This document shows, piece after piece, positions 63,652 to 64,000 of a stretch of DNA of 64,000 bases. Every line of letters starts with the position of its first letter. Position 1 is the first letter of the stretch. The position numbers and the translations under genes are program-made. Source of the stretch: Mobula hypostoma (lineage: Eukaryota); assembly GCF_963921235.1 (NCBI RefSeq), contig NC_086097.1, forward strand, positions 92,692,001 through 92,756,000, written 5' to 3'. The notes under the pieces were generated by a model. The model was not told the origin of the DNA and made no database searches. It saw only the letters and a list, made by a program, of their open reading frames with translations.

Positions 63652-64000
63652 AGGGTGTCAAGAGACGGGGTGGTAGTGGGGATAAGCTCCCACTACCTAT
63701 AAAGTGCTCCAAATGGCATGCATCTCCAACAGCCTCTGACAACCAAGTCCAACTCTTGGAGGACCACTGGCACCTCAAAACCAGTTGCTAGTCAGTCTCG
63801 GACGGCAGCCCATCTATGAGAAGGAAAACTCTGATTTTAAACCTCCGCTGCTTTGCGGCCACACCCACCCATGGGAAAGGCTTCGGATGTAAATCCCAAG
63901 GAAGAAATCCAGAGTCGAGGTCCCTAAGGCAGTTCGATGTTGTTTACAACTTCACTCTGGCAACCTCTGCAATGACACTGGTGCCAAGCTAATCGGTGTT
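63652..64000 (+). mobile_element. Probable RTE-clade 5'UTR-derived repeat, running off the window
   Basis: Hairpin ggtagtgggg-ataa-gctcccactacc and gagaaggaaaactctgattttaaacc, resembling RTE 5'UTR motifs as I recall them. Confidence 0.45.

Noticed and set aside
1..64000. CRISPR arrays, operons, rRNA or functional tRNA genes
   Set aside because: None seen. The sequence is spliceosomal-intron DNA and its recurring motifs are dispersed TE copies.

Overview
This is repeat-dense vertebrate genomic DNA, not prokaryotic. The repeat families (HE1/V-SINE-like, Deu/SacSINE-like, CR1, Rex1/Babar, Penelope, Nimb, RTE-X) point to a cartilaginous fish, probably a ray; that assignment is an inference. The only host-gene sequence I can support is five consecutive, phase-compatible GT-AG coding exons of RPAP1 (RNA polymerase II-associated protein 1) on the minus strand: 43439-43554, 42158-42256, 33773-33874, 16150-16317 and 4976-5176. 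The rest is intron filled with nested, mostly decayed transposable elements, and nearly all short ORFs in the track are TE fragments or noise. The most interesting structures are: (i) Penelope-like element 3' ends carrying a minimal type I hammerhead ribozyme motif; (ii) three of these inserted as fold-back units with both 3' ends pointing outward, flanked by 14-16 bp target duplications, one of them inside the polypyrimidine/branch-point region of an RPAP1 acceptor; (iii) an apparently exact 1846-bp tandem duplication; (iv) a 3'-truncated L1 with an intact ORF1; (v) a long palindrome inside a Tigger-like element. TE family names come from recognising motifs by eye, not from a database search, and TE boundaries without TSDs are approximate.
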